A stretch of 64,000 nucleotides of DNA from Anaerocolumna sp. (GTDB lineage Bacteria > Bacillota > Clostridia > Lachnospirales > Lachnospiraceae). A model generated the notes under the pieces. It was not told where the DNA came from, did no database searches, and saw only the letters and a list, made by a program, of their open reading frames with translations. The stretch lies in contig JAQSXJ010000046.1 in NCBI GenBank assembly GCA_029256725.1, positions 8,641 to 72,640 of the forward strand. The letters run 5' to 3'. Positions 1-10,152 of this stretch are shown here, piece after piece (the first letter of the stretch is position 1; every line of letters begins with the position of its first letter). A program made the translations under genes and the position numbers.

Positions 1-2
1 GC

Positions 3-308
3 GGAGAAGCTGTTGCCAGTACCATGGCCTTTGCTACTCTGTGTTTGGCAAGACTTTTCCATGGATTTAACTGCAGAAGTAAGCTTTCTATCTTTGCTAT
101 AGGCTTTAAGAAGAACATTTACAGCCTTTTTGCTTTCTTAGCGGGTATTATTTTTCTTAATCTAGTACTGTTTGTTCCGTTCCTGCAGAATCTTTTTGAA
201 ATTGCGAAACTGTCAAACTATCAGATGGGCATGATTTATGTACTTGCAATTGTACCTTCTATACTTATCCAGGCATGGAAAGTAATCAGAGCAGGTATTA
301 ATAAATAA
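3..308 (+). CDS. Cation-transporting P-type ATPase, C-terminal end (partial, runs off window start)
   Basis: TMAFATLCLARLFHGFNCRS followed by hydrophobic helices, typical of the Ca2+-type P-ATPase C-terminus; frame open from position 3. Confidence 0.8.
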   Translation, partial: GEAVASTMAFATLCLARLFHGFNCRSKLSIFAIGFKKNIYSLFAFLAGIIFLNLVLFVPFLQNLFEIAKLSNYQMGMIYVLAIVPSILIQAWKVIRAGINK

Positions 309-319
309 AGAATATGGAT

Positions 320-355
320 AGAGCCTTTTGCTAAACATAGTAAAAGGCTCTTTTT
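320..355 (+). terminator. Rho-independent terminator
   Basis: AGAGCCTTTTGCTA...TAGTAAAAGGCTCT hairpin followed by a T-run. Confidence 0.8.
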
Positions 356-569
356 ATGGTATGTGAAAAGTTGAAAAATGTCGGATTTGCAACATAACTG
401 CAACAAAGTATTTGTTATAATAAACGAAGTATATCAATGTGTGTCTGCCAGAATGATTCTTATCGGAATTGAGAATAAGAATTACATGGATTTAGAAGGG
501 TAGTGATTGGCTGGTCCTGCTTTTTGTGAAAAGGGCAGTTTATATTTTGTTACATATGGAGGTAATACG

Positions 570-2522
570 TTGTTTAAGAGGTCATTGATAGTTTTTCTGA
601 TAATAATTACGTTCATTTCTATGTTGTTATTATCTATGCCTGAGAATAAGCAAGGAAAGAGCACAAGTCTGCAAGCTGTTAAAGGTCAGCTGGAACTTGC
701 AGACTGGAATATGGAGCATACTAAAATTCTTCCGCTGGATGGGGAATGGGAATTTTATTGGAATCAGCTTCTGACGCCGGAGGATTTTTCAGCTCAGAAT
801 AAAGTCAGACCAAGACCTGCCGGCTATATGACCGTGCCGGGGTTATGGAACGGAAAGGTCATTGGTAAGACTGAAATACCTGTTTTTGGATATGCCACTT
901 ATCGATTGGTGATAGAGGATATCCCATTTCATGGAGTACTTGGTCTGAAAAAAGGAAACGCACGCTTTTCCAGTAAAATCTATGTGAATAATCAGGAGCT
1001 GCTATCGGATGGACAACCTGCGGGTAAGGCTTTTGATTACAAGTCCGGGAACACGCCTCAGCTGGGCTTTTTCAGCTGCAATGGAAACAGAATCGAAATA
1101 CTTGTGCAGGTTGCCAATTATGAATATATGAATTCCGGAATTCCGGTTTCCTTAGAGCTTGGCAGTGAGTCGGCTATGCTGCATCAGTTTCAAAAAAATA
1201 ATTTGTTAGCATTGGCAGTTTTTGCTATTCTTTTGACGATTGCTTTCATGCATTTGATTTTCTTTGGAGTTGCCTGGGCAGGCGGTGTTAGAGAATATTT
1301 AATGCCACTTTTTTCTCTGTTTTGTTTTCTGTTTGCAATCGGTAATGGATTAGCAGACCAGCGTCCTTTGTTGCTTTTGCTGCCGGATATTCCCTTTACC
1401 ATTGTATTTAAGATGAAGGATTTCTTTTTATCTGCGAATTTCATTGTAATGCTCTGGATCTTTCATAAATTTAAGAAAGGACTATTACCGCCTCGTTTTG
1501 CTAAGGTCATTTCTATTTTATATGGAGCTTATCTGGTAGCGGTGGTGGTACTTCCGATTTATGTTTATTATAAGATCCACCTCCTTGTTATGGCCTGTAA
1601 TACATTGATTTTGTTGGCATTATTGATAAGAGCAATCTTTCTATATATCAGAAATGCAGAAGGCTTGCTGCTCTTTATTGCCATATTGTCAGTTAATCTG
1701 TATTCGGCGGATGCAATCCTATTTTCCCTTGGGTTAAAGACAAGTTCTGGATTCTTACAGGTTTACATTATGATTTTTGCGGTGGTGATGATTCTGTTAT
1801 TATCCATGCAGTATTTTTCCGCCCTTAATAATCTTAAAAGCTCTGTTAAGCGGACACAGGACGCAGAAATTGCTTTTCTACGAGCGCAGATAAATCCACA
1901 TTTTCTATACAATGCACTCAATTCCATCGCCTCATTGTGCGTATCGTCACCGGAAAAGGCAGAGGAAGTTGTAGTGGAACTTGCACAGTATCTGCGTCAT
2001 AGTTTTGATTTTAAACGTATTGACGGAATCTCCACCCTGGCGAGAGAACTGGAATTGCTGGAAGCATATTTATATATAGAGAAAACACGTTTTGGAGAGC
2101 GGTTACAGGTTGAGTATGACATTGAAGAAGACCTTGATATCCCAATACCTCCCCTAATATTACAGCCATTGGTCGAAAATGCGGTAAGGCATGGAGTGAT
2201 GGCTAAGATAGTTGGTGGGACAGTAAGAATCTCTATTAAACGCCATGCAGAAAAGGTTGTATTTACAATCGAGGATAATGGTGTGGGAATGAATGAGATA
2301 AAGTTGAATGAATTAGTGACGGAAAATGCAAAAGAGCGAGGAATAGGCATATGGAATATAAACCAGCGGTTAAAGGTGCTGTATAACACAGAGTTAAAAG
2401 TTGTCAGTAAGATAGGCAATGGAACCCAAGTGTCACTTGAGCTGCCTCTAAATAATAATAAAATAAGCAGAATGAAACAGATTCGAAAAGGGGAATTTGG
2501 TCATAAAAGCGATAATTGTTGA
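570..2522 (+). CDS. LytS/YehU-family sensor histidine kinase with extracellular 7TM-DISM-like sensor region
   Basis: AQINPHFLYNALN, LQPLVENAVRHG, DNGVG and GIGIWN motifs; multiple TM helices; TTG start at 570 after GGAGG. Confidence 0.9.
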   Translation: MFKRSLIVFLIIITFISMLLLSMPENKQGKSTSLQAVKGQLELADWNMEHTKILPLDGEWEFYWNQLLTPEDFSAQNKVRPRPAGYMTVPGLWNGKVIGKTEIPVFGYATYRLVIEDIPFHGVLGLKKGNARFSSKIYVNNQELLSDGQPAGKAFDYKSGNTPQLGFFSCNGNRIEILVQVANYEYMNSGIPVSLELGSESAMLHQFQKNNLLALAVFAILLTIAFMHLIFFGVAWAGGVREYLMPLFSLFCFLFAIGNGLADQRPLLLLLPDIPFTIVFKMKDFFLSANFIVMLWIFHKFKKGLLPPRFAKVISILYGAYLVAVVVLPIYVYYKIHLLVMACNTLILLALLIRAIFLYIRNAEGLLLFIAILSVNLYSADAILFSLGLKTSSGFLQVYIMIFAVVMILLLSMQYFSALNNLKSSVKRTQDAEIAFLRAQINPHFLYNALNSIASLCVSSPEKAEEVVVELAQYLRHSFDFKRIDGISTLARELELLEAYLYIEKTRFGERLQVEYDIEEDLDIPIPPLILQPLVENAVRHGVMAKIVGGTVRISIKRHAEKVVFTIEDNGVGMNEIKLNELVTENAKERGIGIWNINQRLKVLYNTELKVVSKIGNGTQVSLELPLNNNKISRMKQIRKGEFGHKSDNC

Positions 2523-2670
2523 TGATGAAAAACTCGTAAGAAATATACTTGCTTGGTCTGCTTTCTGAGATTAAAGAAATAGAGCTAGGTGGTAGTTATG
2601 CACTGCCACAGGAGCATTATAATGCATAAAGAAAATTCTGTGGAGACATTCTTTCTGGATATTATATAAG
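2497..2670 (+). pseudogene. Decayed response-regulator receiver domain
   Basis: TTG-VIKAIIVDDEKLVR, then in shifted frames LLSEIKEIELGG and KENSVETFFLDII*; overlaps the kinase stop codon. Confidence 0.8.
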
Positions 2671-3000
2671 TGTTTGTTGTAAAAGGGGCAGTTCCATTGG
2701 AACAAGCCCCTTTCTGCTAGAAGTGAAAATGATATCTAAGAGTATCATCTGATTTGGAAAGTACCATTATAATAAGAGCCTTTTATTTAAATAGCAAAGG
2801 GCTCTTATTTTTTTTATTAAGGTATTAATGGATAGTCATAATATGATTATGACGTGTAATTATAATTAGATATATGTAAAAATAATATTGACATAAATAA
2901 ATAGATGAAATATAGTATAAAGTAATTAGACATTAATCTAATCACAAGGCGATGTTCTAATACATAACATCAAAAAAATTCGTAATATTGGGAGGAAGAA

Positions 3001-4002
3001 ATGGAGCGAAGAATAATTGAAAAAGTAGTAAAAGCAAGTGGTATAGAGAAAGGAGAACTCATTCTGGTACATTACTGGGGAGAGGATGATAAACTGCAGG
3101 TCATGCACGATTTCTGTACAGCCGTAGCCAGGACAGGTGCATTTCCCTTACCCTTGCAGCAATCAAGAAAACAGAACAAGGAAATCTTCCTTGCACTGCA
3201 GAAGGGAAGCATACCGGATAAATATTATTCCATTTTTGATCAGGTGGATGCTGTACTTGATATTTTTGCTTATCGGCCGGTGGTTTTAGATTATCAACTC
3301 GATGAGGAGCAAATGAATATCTACAGGCAGTATATGGGCGGGATATTTCAAGCTTTAAAAGGTAAGAAACGATTTGCGCAAATTCGTATTCCCACTGTTG
3401 AAAATGCAGAAGAAGCGGATATAGCACCGGAGGACTTTATTAATCGAATGGAAAAGGCATATGATATTGATTATGATAAACTAAGGAAAGTGTGTTGTGA
3501 TAAGATAGCAGAGTACAGAAAGGCCAACTCTTTTGTACTGCATACCGGAAAAGACTGTACGCTGAAATTGGTTACAGAAGGAAGGGAATGGATAGCAGAC
3601 TGTGGAGATGGCGACTGGCCTTGCGGAGAAGTTGCAATTGCACCAATCGAATCGTTGAGTGAAGGAACAGTCTGGTTCAAGAAATTTTGGTTAACTGACT
3701 GCGGTGTATATCAAGATGTGATACTTACGATATCAAAAGGACAAGTGATAGCAAGTAATAAGGAGGAAATTAATCAATTCCTGTCTGAACGTCCTGATAA
3801 TGAGAAAGTAGTATGCGAATTGGGTTTTGGGTGTAACGAAAATATAACGGATTTATGCGGTTACACTGTCTTGGATGAGAAAATGTGCAATACATTTCAT
3901 ATTGCAATCGGAGACAATACAATGTTTGGCGGTCTTAACAGCGCAAGGCTGCATATGGATTTTGTTGGTACTGCACAGGTGGAATATACACTAATCAAAT
4001 AG
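3001..4002 (+). CDS. Aminopeptidase (M29/thermophilic metalloprotease-like)
   Basis: PCGEV, ELGFGCN, DEKM..TFHIAIGDN..FGG.N...LHMD motifs; GGAGG RBS. Confidence 0.85.
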   Translation: MERRIIEKVVKASGIEKGELILVHYWGEDDKLQVMHDFCTAVARTGAFPLPLQQSRKQNKEIFLALQKGSIPDKYYSIFDQVDAVLDIFAYRPVVLDYQLDEEQMNIYRQYMGGIFQALKGKKRFAQIRIPTVENAEEADIAPEDFINRMEKAYDIDYDKLRKVCCDKIAEYRKANSFVLHTGKDCTLKLVTEGREWIADCGDGDWPCGEVAIAPIESLSEGTVWFKKFWLTDCGVYQDVILTISKGQVIASNKEEINQFLSERPDNEKVVCELGFGCNENITDLCGYTVLDEKMCNTFHIAIGDNTMFGGLNSARLHMDFVGTAQVEYTLIK

Positions 4003-4509
4003 TACACCGGATTTGGAGACATCAGTTATCGTACAACGGGTACTGTCAAAGCAGCATGGTCTTTTATCACCTTTATGCAATTTTGAACATGCTATATCAA
4101 TTCGTTTGTGTCTGGTTGCCTGATTTTTCGTAGAACGTATCCAGCGAAGCCATTCCCAACGTGCTTTGATGGTAATGGCATTCCATTGATTTATAAGACC
4201 TGCCTTGACAAATGCCTCCATAATGTCTTCAGGAATTTCTGGCTCAATCCATTCATCGGTAGGCTCTATTGTCACAGATACTGGTTGACCTACTGTTACT
4301 GCTGTATCTTTACATAATTTATCACTTACTTCAAACCAATGACTGCCTTTGCCATCAGGTTCCAAAGGGGCTGCAAAAGCAACATCATTCATAACTCCCT
4401 TTATCATGACCATACCTCGAGAAGGAAGCTGTTCACTTGAAGCTAAAGGAACTTTTACTATGTTACGTGATTCAATTTGTGACAGTAATGTTTCAAATGA
4501 AATGGACAT
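3991..4509 (-). CDS. DUF1905 / YdeI-OmdA (bacteriocin-protection-like) domain protein
   Basis: LPSRG..LEPDGKGSHW N-terminus; EIPED..W..WIRSTK..ATRHKRI C-terminus; GGAGG RBS on the minus strand. Confidence 0.8.
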   Translation of the reverse strand: MSISFETLLSQIESRNIVKVPLASSEQLPSRGMVMIKGVMNDVAFAAPLEPDGKGSHWFEVSDKLCKDTAVTVGQPVSVTIEPTDEWIEPEIPEDIMEAFVKAGLINQWNAITIKARWEWLRWIRSTKNQATRHKRIDIACSKLHKGDKRPCCFDSTRCTITDVSKSGVLFD

Positions 4510-4643
4510 ACCGTAACCTCCTTTTGTGTTTTGTGTGAGTATTTATTTTTTTTATACAAACTATTATCTTATAGATAGAATACCATATCGATACAAAATA
4601 GTAAATAGTAATCATTATCAATTAGGCTGACAATTTATAATCA

Positions 4644-5369
4644 TTGAAAATAACAGATTTTGATATACTAAAAAGGTCATATTCGGATGACCTTACAATT
4701 AAATACAATGAGAAAGATTCTCGTATGATGACAGGTCTTTATCTTTGGGTAGAAGGATCTTTAGGAAAAGAAACTGAAATCATTGATGAGATAAGAATCA
4801 ATGCACCGAATGCGAAACTGAAAACCTATACGCTAAAGTCAGAGGAACCCCGTTACATTACTGCAACAGGCGGAGAGGTATTATGTATTCCTCAGACTGC
4901 ACCGAATCCAGATGGGGCAATGCAGTTTATTAACTGGATTTACAGTTCAGAAGAAAATTATTTATTTGCCATCTATGGTATAGAAGGTAAGGATTATGAT
5001 ATTACTGACGGAAGAATCAATAAACTGATACCCGATGAATTCTTCTATGAATGGATGTTCCGTAACAAGAACTATCAGTTATTTACTCCGGAAGTAGATC
5101 AGTCTTATATAGATACATATACAAGCTGGGATGATAAGGCTATCACTTCAGAGATGCTGGGTTTCCGCTTTAATAATGAAAATGTAAAGGAAATTGAAGC
5201 AGCCATTAAAGAACTAGCAGGCAAGCAGATGAATCCTATTCTCTATGGTTTTGTAGATTATGAAACAGAGTATCCAAAGGCATTGCAGGCACTAAAAGAC
5301 GCTGGAATTGATGATTATATTGCAGAAGTACAACGCCAGATGGACGAATTTCTAGCTTCCAAACAATAA
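4644..5369 (+). pseudogene. C-terminal fragment of an ABC sugar-binding lipoprotein (DUF3502-like)
   Basis: YGIEGKDY, LGFRFN and LKDAGID..IAEVQRQMDEF motifs; no signal peptide or lipobox and no good RBS, so probably N-terminally truncated. Confidence 0.65.
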
Positions 5370-5661
5370 TAACTCCCAGATAATTGGGAGGATGAGCCAC
5401 CCAGCGCAGGATATTTGTTGTTGGGTGGCTTGAAGTTTATAATTTGGATCAATGCCGTACTCAGCTGGCTTTGGCAGCAGATATGGAGAAAAACTGAGGT
5501 AAATAATATTTCAGGAAAAGTGATGCACATTAAGTACAAGAATATAATTGATAGAATTATCAATAGAATAACTGTGAATAATATGAGCAAATGTGATATG
5601 ATATAAAGGATATAAAACGAAGAAGTGGATGTTAATGAGAAGCAGAAGGGAAGAGGAAACC

Positions 5662-6675
5662 ATGTCGATATTGGTAACCGGCGGAGCCGGGTATATAGGA
5701 AGCCATACCTGCGTTGAGCTGTTGGAGTCAGGTTATGATATAGTAGTAGTGGATAATCTTTGCAATTCCAGTAAAGAAGCACTTAAAAGAGTAGAAACCA
5801 TTACCGGAAAAGAGCTGAAATTTTATCTTGTTGACCTGACTGACAGGGATAATCTGATGCAGGTATTCGAACAGGAAAAGATTGAAACAGTAATTCATTT
5901 TGCCGGATTAAAGGCTGTGGGTGAATCTGTATATAAGCCTTTGGAATATTATCAGAATAATATAACCGGTACGTTGGTACTTTTAGAGGTAATGAAAAAC
6001 TATGGTGTGAAAAATATAGTATTCAGTTCCTCCGCTACAGTATATGGTAATCCGATAACGGTACCCATCAAAGAGGATTTTCCTCTGTCAGTGACCAATC
6101 CCTATGGCAGGACCAAACTCATGCTGGAGGAGATATTCCGAGATCTCTACGTGTCAGATTCAGCTTGGAATATAATACTTCTCAGATATTTTAACCCCAT
6201 TGGAGCACATCAAAGTGGTTTGATCGGTGAAGATCCCAAAGGAATCCCAAATAATCTGGTACCTTATATAACCCAGACTGCTGCCGGAAAGTTGGAAGCA
6301 GTAGGGGTATTTGGGACAGATTATCCTACACCGGATGGAAGCGGTGTACGTGATTATATTCATGTTGTGGATCTGGCACTGGGGCATGTAAAAGCTGTGG
6401 AAAAGCTGGCGGAGAAGCCGGGCATACAAGCCTATAACCTTGGAACTGGAAGAGGTTATAGTGTATTGGAAATGCTCCGTGCCTTTAGTGAAGTTTGTGG
6501 CAAAGAGATTCCATATGTTCTTAAGGAAAGAAGGCCCGGAGATATCGCAACCTGTTATGCAGATGCTGCACTTGCAGAAGAGGAACTGCACTGGACTGCC
6601 AAAAAGAACTTACATGACATGTGTGAAGATGCCTGGAGATGGCAGAAAAATAATCCCATGGGGTATCAGAAATAA
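5662..6675 (+). CDS. galE: UDP-glucose 4-epimerase
   Basis: ILVTGGAGYIGSH, HFAGLKAVGES, YGRTK, LRYFNPIGAH, GVRDYIHV. Confidence 0.97.
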   Translation: MSILVTGGAGYIGSHTCVELLESGYDIVVVDNLCNSSKEALKRVETITGKELKFYLVDLTDRDNLMQVFEQEKIETVIHFAGLKAVGESVYKPLEYYQNNITGTLVLLEVMKNYGVKNIVFSSSATVYGNPITVPIKEDFPLSVTNPYGRTKLMLEEIFRDLYVSDSAWNIILLRYFNPIGAHQSGLIGEDPKGIPNNLVPYITQTAAGKLEAVGVFGTDYPTPDGSGVRDYIHVVDLALGHVKAVEKLAEKPGIQAYNLGTGRGYSVLEMLRAFSEVCGKEIPYVLKERRPGDIATCYADAALAEEELHWTAKKNLHDMCEDAWRWQKNNPMGYQK

Positions 6676-6704
6676 GGAATTAGACAGAAATCGGGGGGAT
6701 ATAA

Positions 6705-7316
6705 TTGGCATATCATGTTAATTTAATAGATTCCATTGAAGAACTGGAACATTGTGAACTTTTTCAAATTAATCATTATAAGTGGGTGGAAGGATACCAA
6801 CCCAAAGCCTTTGGGAGGATGGGTCTGCTTCGTAATTTTGGTTTGGCGGTTGTTATGACGGCAATGGAAACGAATCCTCTCAAAACTTATTCAAAAGACA
6901 ATGACCCTGTTTACCGAGACAGTGCATTGGAAGCTTTTTTTAACTTTACTCCAAAGCGTGAAATTCCTTACTATATGAACTTTGAGATGAATTCTAATGG
7001 AGCGATGCTGAATGATATTGGAGTTGCGGGGGACAGAAAGAGTGTTTTTGAAACCGTTCCCTGGAGAGGAAGCTGTAAAGCCACCCGTAAAGCGGATTCC
7101 TGGTCTGTGCTGCTGAAAGTGCCTATGGAGATGATTTGTAATATTTTTAGTATAGAACCATTAAAAACAGGAGATAGTTTTACCTGCAATTTTTATAAAA
7201 TCTGTGAGAGTAAAAATCTGGAGCATTATGCAAGTTTTGCACCGATTGTAAGTGAGAGACCGAATTTTCATCTGCCTCAATTTTTCGAGACTGCAGTTAT
7301 TGTGGGGCGACAGTAA
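6705..7316 (+). CDS. Carbohydrate-binding family 9-like protein
   Basis: DPVYRDSALEAF, YMNFEMNSNG, NFYKI, PNFHLPQFF motifs. Confidence 0.75.
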   Translation: MAYHVNLIDSIEELEHCELFQINHYKWVEGYQPKAFGRMGLLRNFGLAVVMTAMETNPLKTYSKDNDPVYRDSALEAFFNFTPKREIPYYMNFEMNSNGAMLNDIGVAGDRKSVFETVPWRGSCKATRKADSWSVLLKVPMEMICNIFSIEPLKTGDSFTCNFYKICESKNLEHYASFAPIVSERPNFHLPQFFETAVIVGRQ

Positions 7317-7353
7317 ACAGAAAAAACATCAAGAACAATTAAATTAGTTCTTG

Positions 7354-8564
7354 GGAAACGCTGATTAATACAAGCATTTCCATTTGATTTGTAGTAAAAT
7401 ATAGATATCAAAAGAAAGGCGTGATACCTATGAGTCAAATAACACTTACAGATCTGGAATACTCAAACCGCAAGAAGAAAACGAAACGGGAAGAGTTCCT
7501 CGATTCAATGGATGAAATTATTCCATGGTCTTACTGGGTCGATATGATTCGCCCTTATTATTTTAACAATAAACGCGGTCGTAAGCCGATAGGAATTGAG
7601 TCCATGCTCCGCATGTATCTCATGCAGATCTGGTTTAGCCTGTCAGATGAGGGAATTGAAGATTCCATCTATGACAGCTATGCAATGCGCACGTTTATGC
7701 ACATAGATTTTAACGAGCAACAAGTTCCTGATGCAACAACGTTACTCAAATTCCGCCACTTACTTGAGAAAAACAAGATTGGCGAAAAGATATTTGCAGA
7801 TGTCAACAAACGGCTTGATGAGGCTGGTCTTATCATGCACGGTGGTACCGTTGTAGATGCCAGTTTAATCGCAGCTCCAAAGTCTACCAAAAATCAGTCT
7901 GGTAAACGAGATCCGGAAATGCATCAAACGAAAAAAGGAAACGAGTGGTATTTTGGCATGAAAGTTCATGCCGGAGTGGATGCAGCAACAGGATATGTGC
8001 ATACACTTACAGGAACTTCCGCAAACGTGCATGATGTTTCGGAAACATCAAAACTCATACGAAAAGAGGACTACGTTGTATATGGTGATTCTGGATATCT
8101 TGGGGCACCTGGGCGTGAAGAAATCAAAAAGGATGAAGTCTTATCCCAGATTGAATTTCGTATCAACAAGCGTCCATCAAGTCTTAAAATGGCTGATGAC
8201 TTCAAAGGTCTTAACTGGGACAAAAAGATGGAACATGATAAGTCAGCTATTCGATGTAAAGTGGAGCATTCATTTCTCATAGTCAAGAAACAAATGGGCT
8301 ATGCGAAAGTTGTTTACAAAGGACTTGAGAAAAACATGCATCGATTCAATATCTTATTTGCCAGTGCCAACCTAATCATGTGTAGTAGGGCTGGTCGAAC
8401 CCAGGATTTTATGAGGTGTATGGTGTAGTGCGCCCATTTTGAGGAAAATATCCTCAAAATGCAGGATGCAAGCTAAGAAATACAGGGCAAAAACACCTCA
8501 AATTTCTTAAAAACTTGACAAAACGGGATAATGCAGGGAATAGCATCAATTAATCAGTGTTTCC
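7354..8564 (+). mobile_element. IS5-family insertion sequence
   Basis: Terminal inverted repeats GGAAACGCTGATTAAT (7354) and ATTAATCAGTGTTTCC (ends 8564), one mismatch; 4-bp target duplication CTTG at 7350-7353 and 8565-8568. Confidence 0.93.
7430..8428 (+). CDS. IS5-family DDE transposase
   Basis: VDASLI, KKGNEWYFGMKVHAGVD, YGDSGY, R.KVEH.F motifs. Confidence 0.95.
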   Translation: MSQITLTDLEYSNRKKKTKREEFLDSMDEIIPWSYWVDMIRPYYFNNKRGRKPIGIESMLRMYLMQIWFSLSDEGIEDSIYDSYAMRTFMHIDFNEQQVPDATTLLKFRHLLEKNKIGEKIFADVNKRLDEAGLIMHGGTVVDASLIAAPKSTKNQSGKRDPEMHQTKKGNEWYFGMKVHAGVDAATGYVHTLTGTSANVHDVSETSKLIRKEDYVVYGDSGYLGAPGREEIKKDEVLSQIEFRINKRPSSLKMADDFKGLNWDKKMEHDKSAIRCKVEHSFLIVKKQMGYAKVVYKGLEKNMHRFNILFASANLIMCSRAGRTQDFMRCMV

Positions 8565-8765
8565 CTTGATGTTTTTTTTTTAGATTCTGTTAAATTCCAA
8601 AAATAAACTTATAAAAAATACTAATAAATAACAACAAAAAATAATTTTTGATCATATTAGATATGGAGGCTGAGTTAATCACTATATTTTGCAAAACAAT
8701 GCGTAACCCAGGGTAAGATTATTGCTAAAAGCTGAATTAAATTTATTACATGACAGGGGGATACT

Positions 8766-9848
8766 ATGGGATTATTTAATAATTTGAAAGAACCGGTCTT
8801 TCTAAAGGAAAACAGTAATATAGATTCACAGCTGGAAAATCTAAGAAACTTAGAACCGGTATTAAATGAAGAAGGGCTGTTATTACTAAAACAAGATATA
8901 AAGAGTCTTGAATACGGAATTGCAGGTGAAGCACATATAGCATTTGAGCTGAAAAATTGTCATATGCCAATGTATATTTTACACGATGTCTACCTGGAAC
9001 TAGGTGATTTAAGTGCACAAATTGATTATCTTGTTTTTACCAGAAAATTATGTTTTGTATTGGAATGTAAAAATCTTTATGGAAATATTGAAATTAATAA
9101 TGTGGGAGATTTTATACGTACCACAGAGTTTGGAGGAAAAAAGAAAAAAGAAGGTATTTATTCTCCAATTACACAAAATCAACGGCATCTGGAATTGATG
9201 AAAAAGATTAGGGTTAATAGTAAAAATAACATATTAACAAAAATAATGGCTGAAAAATATTTTGAAGATATTAATAAATCAGTTGTAGTTTTGGCTAATC
9301 CTAAAACTGTACTTAATGCAAAATTCGCACAAAAGGAAGTAAAAGAAAAAGTAATACGAGCTGATCAATTAGTTAAGTATATTAAGGATATGTATGAAAA
9401 CTCTAAAGAACTGGCAATGTCAGATGAAAAAATGCTGTTATGGGCTCAATCTTATTTAGATTTACATAAAGATGTCGATAAAGATTATTCAGCGAAATAT
9501 GAGAAGTACAGAATTATACCCATGATTGAAAATACCACTGAACAAGCTCTTGAAATACAAAAAGATAATAATGCTGATGTTATATCTATACATGAAAACG
9601 CAGTAAGTGAAAATGATGTAAGTATAGAAGAAACAAAGGTTTATCAAGAATTAAAGGCTTATCGCCTAAATAAAAGCCGCGAAGAGAGAATCAAACCTTA
9701 TTTTATTTATAATGACAGCCAACTTAAGGATTTGATTTTGAAAATGCCAAAGAGTAGAGAAGAGTTGTTGAAGGTATCTGGATTTGGTGAAGCAAAGGTA
9801 AATAAGTATGGAGAAGATATCCTAAAGGTTATAGAGAATTACAAATAA
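8766..9848 (+). CDS. NERD nuclease-related domain plus C-terminal HRDC domain protein
   Basis: GIAGE..QIDYL..LECKN..SPITQN (NERD); LKAYR..PYFIYND..VSGFGEAKVNKYG (HRDC). Confidence 0.88.
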   Translation: MGLFNNLKEPVFLKENSNIDSQLENLRNLEPVLNEEGLLLLKQDIKSLEYGIAGEAHIAFELKNCHMPMYILHDVYLELGDLSAQIDYLVFTRKLCFVLECKNLYGNIEINNVGDFIRTTEFGGKKKKEGIYSPITQNQRHLELMKKIRVNSKNNILTKIMAEKYFEDINKSVVVLANPKTVLNAKFAQKEVKEKVIRADQLVKYIKDMYENSKELAMSDEKMLLWAQSYLDLHKDVDKDYSAKYEKYRIIPMIENTTEQALEIQKDNNADVISIHENAVSENDVSIEETKVYQELKAYRLNKSREERIKPYFIYNDSQLKDLILKMPKSREELLKVSGFGEAKVNKYGEDILKVIENYK

Positions 9849-10152
9849 AAAAATCACTTTTGAATAATTGGTCTTTTTGTTTTTAAATTATTCCATATGA
9901 AGAATAAAATAAAGCCTTAAAAAATAAAAATTGAATCATATTATATATGAAAACCAATTTAAGAAAAACAAACAAAAACAGGCAAGTTATAAATTGAAAA
10001 GAAAGTATTATGGCTATAATCAAGATGTAAAAAAAATGAAAATAAAGTATAATATTCTTGACTTTTGTCAGATATTTGGTAAACTAAATGAGGTTATGTT
10101 GGTATTTTTTACATAATATGATAATTATTAACAACAACAAAGGAGAAGATTT

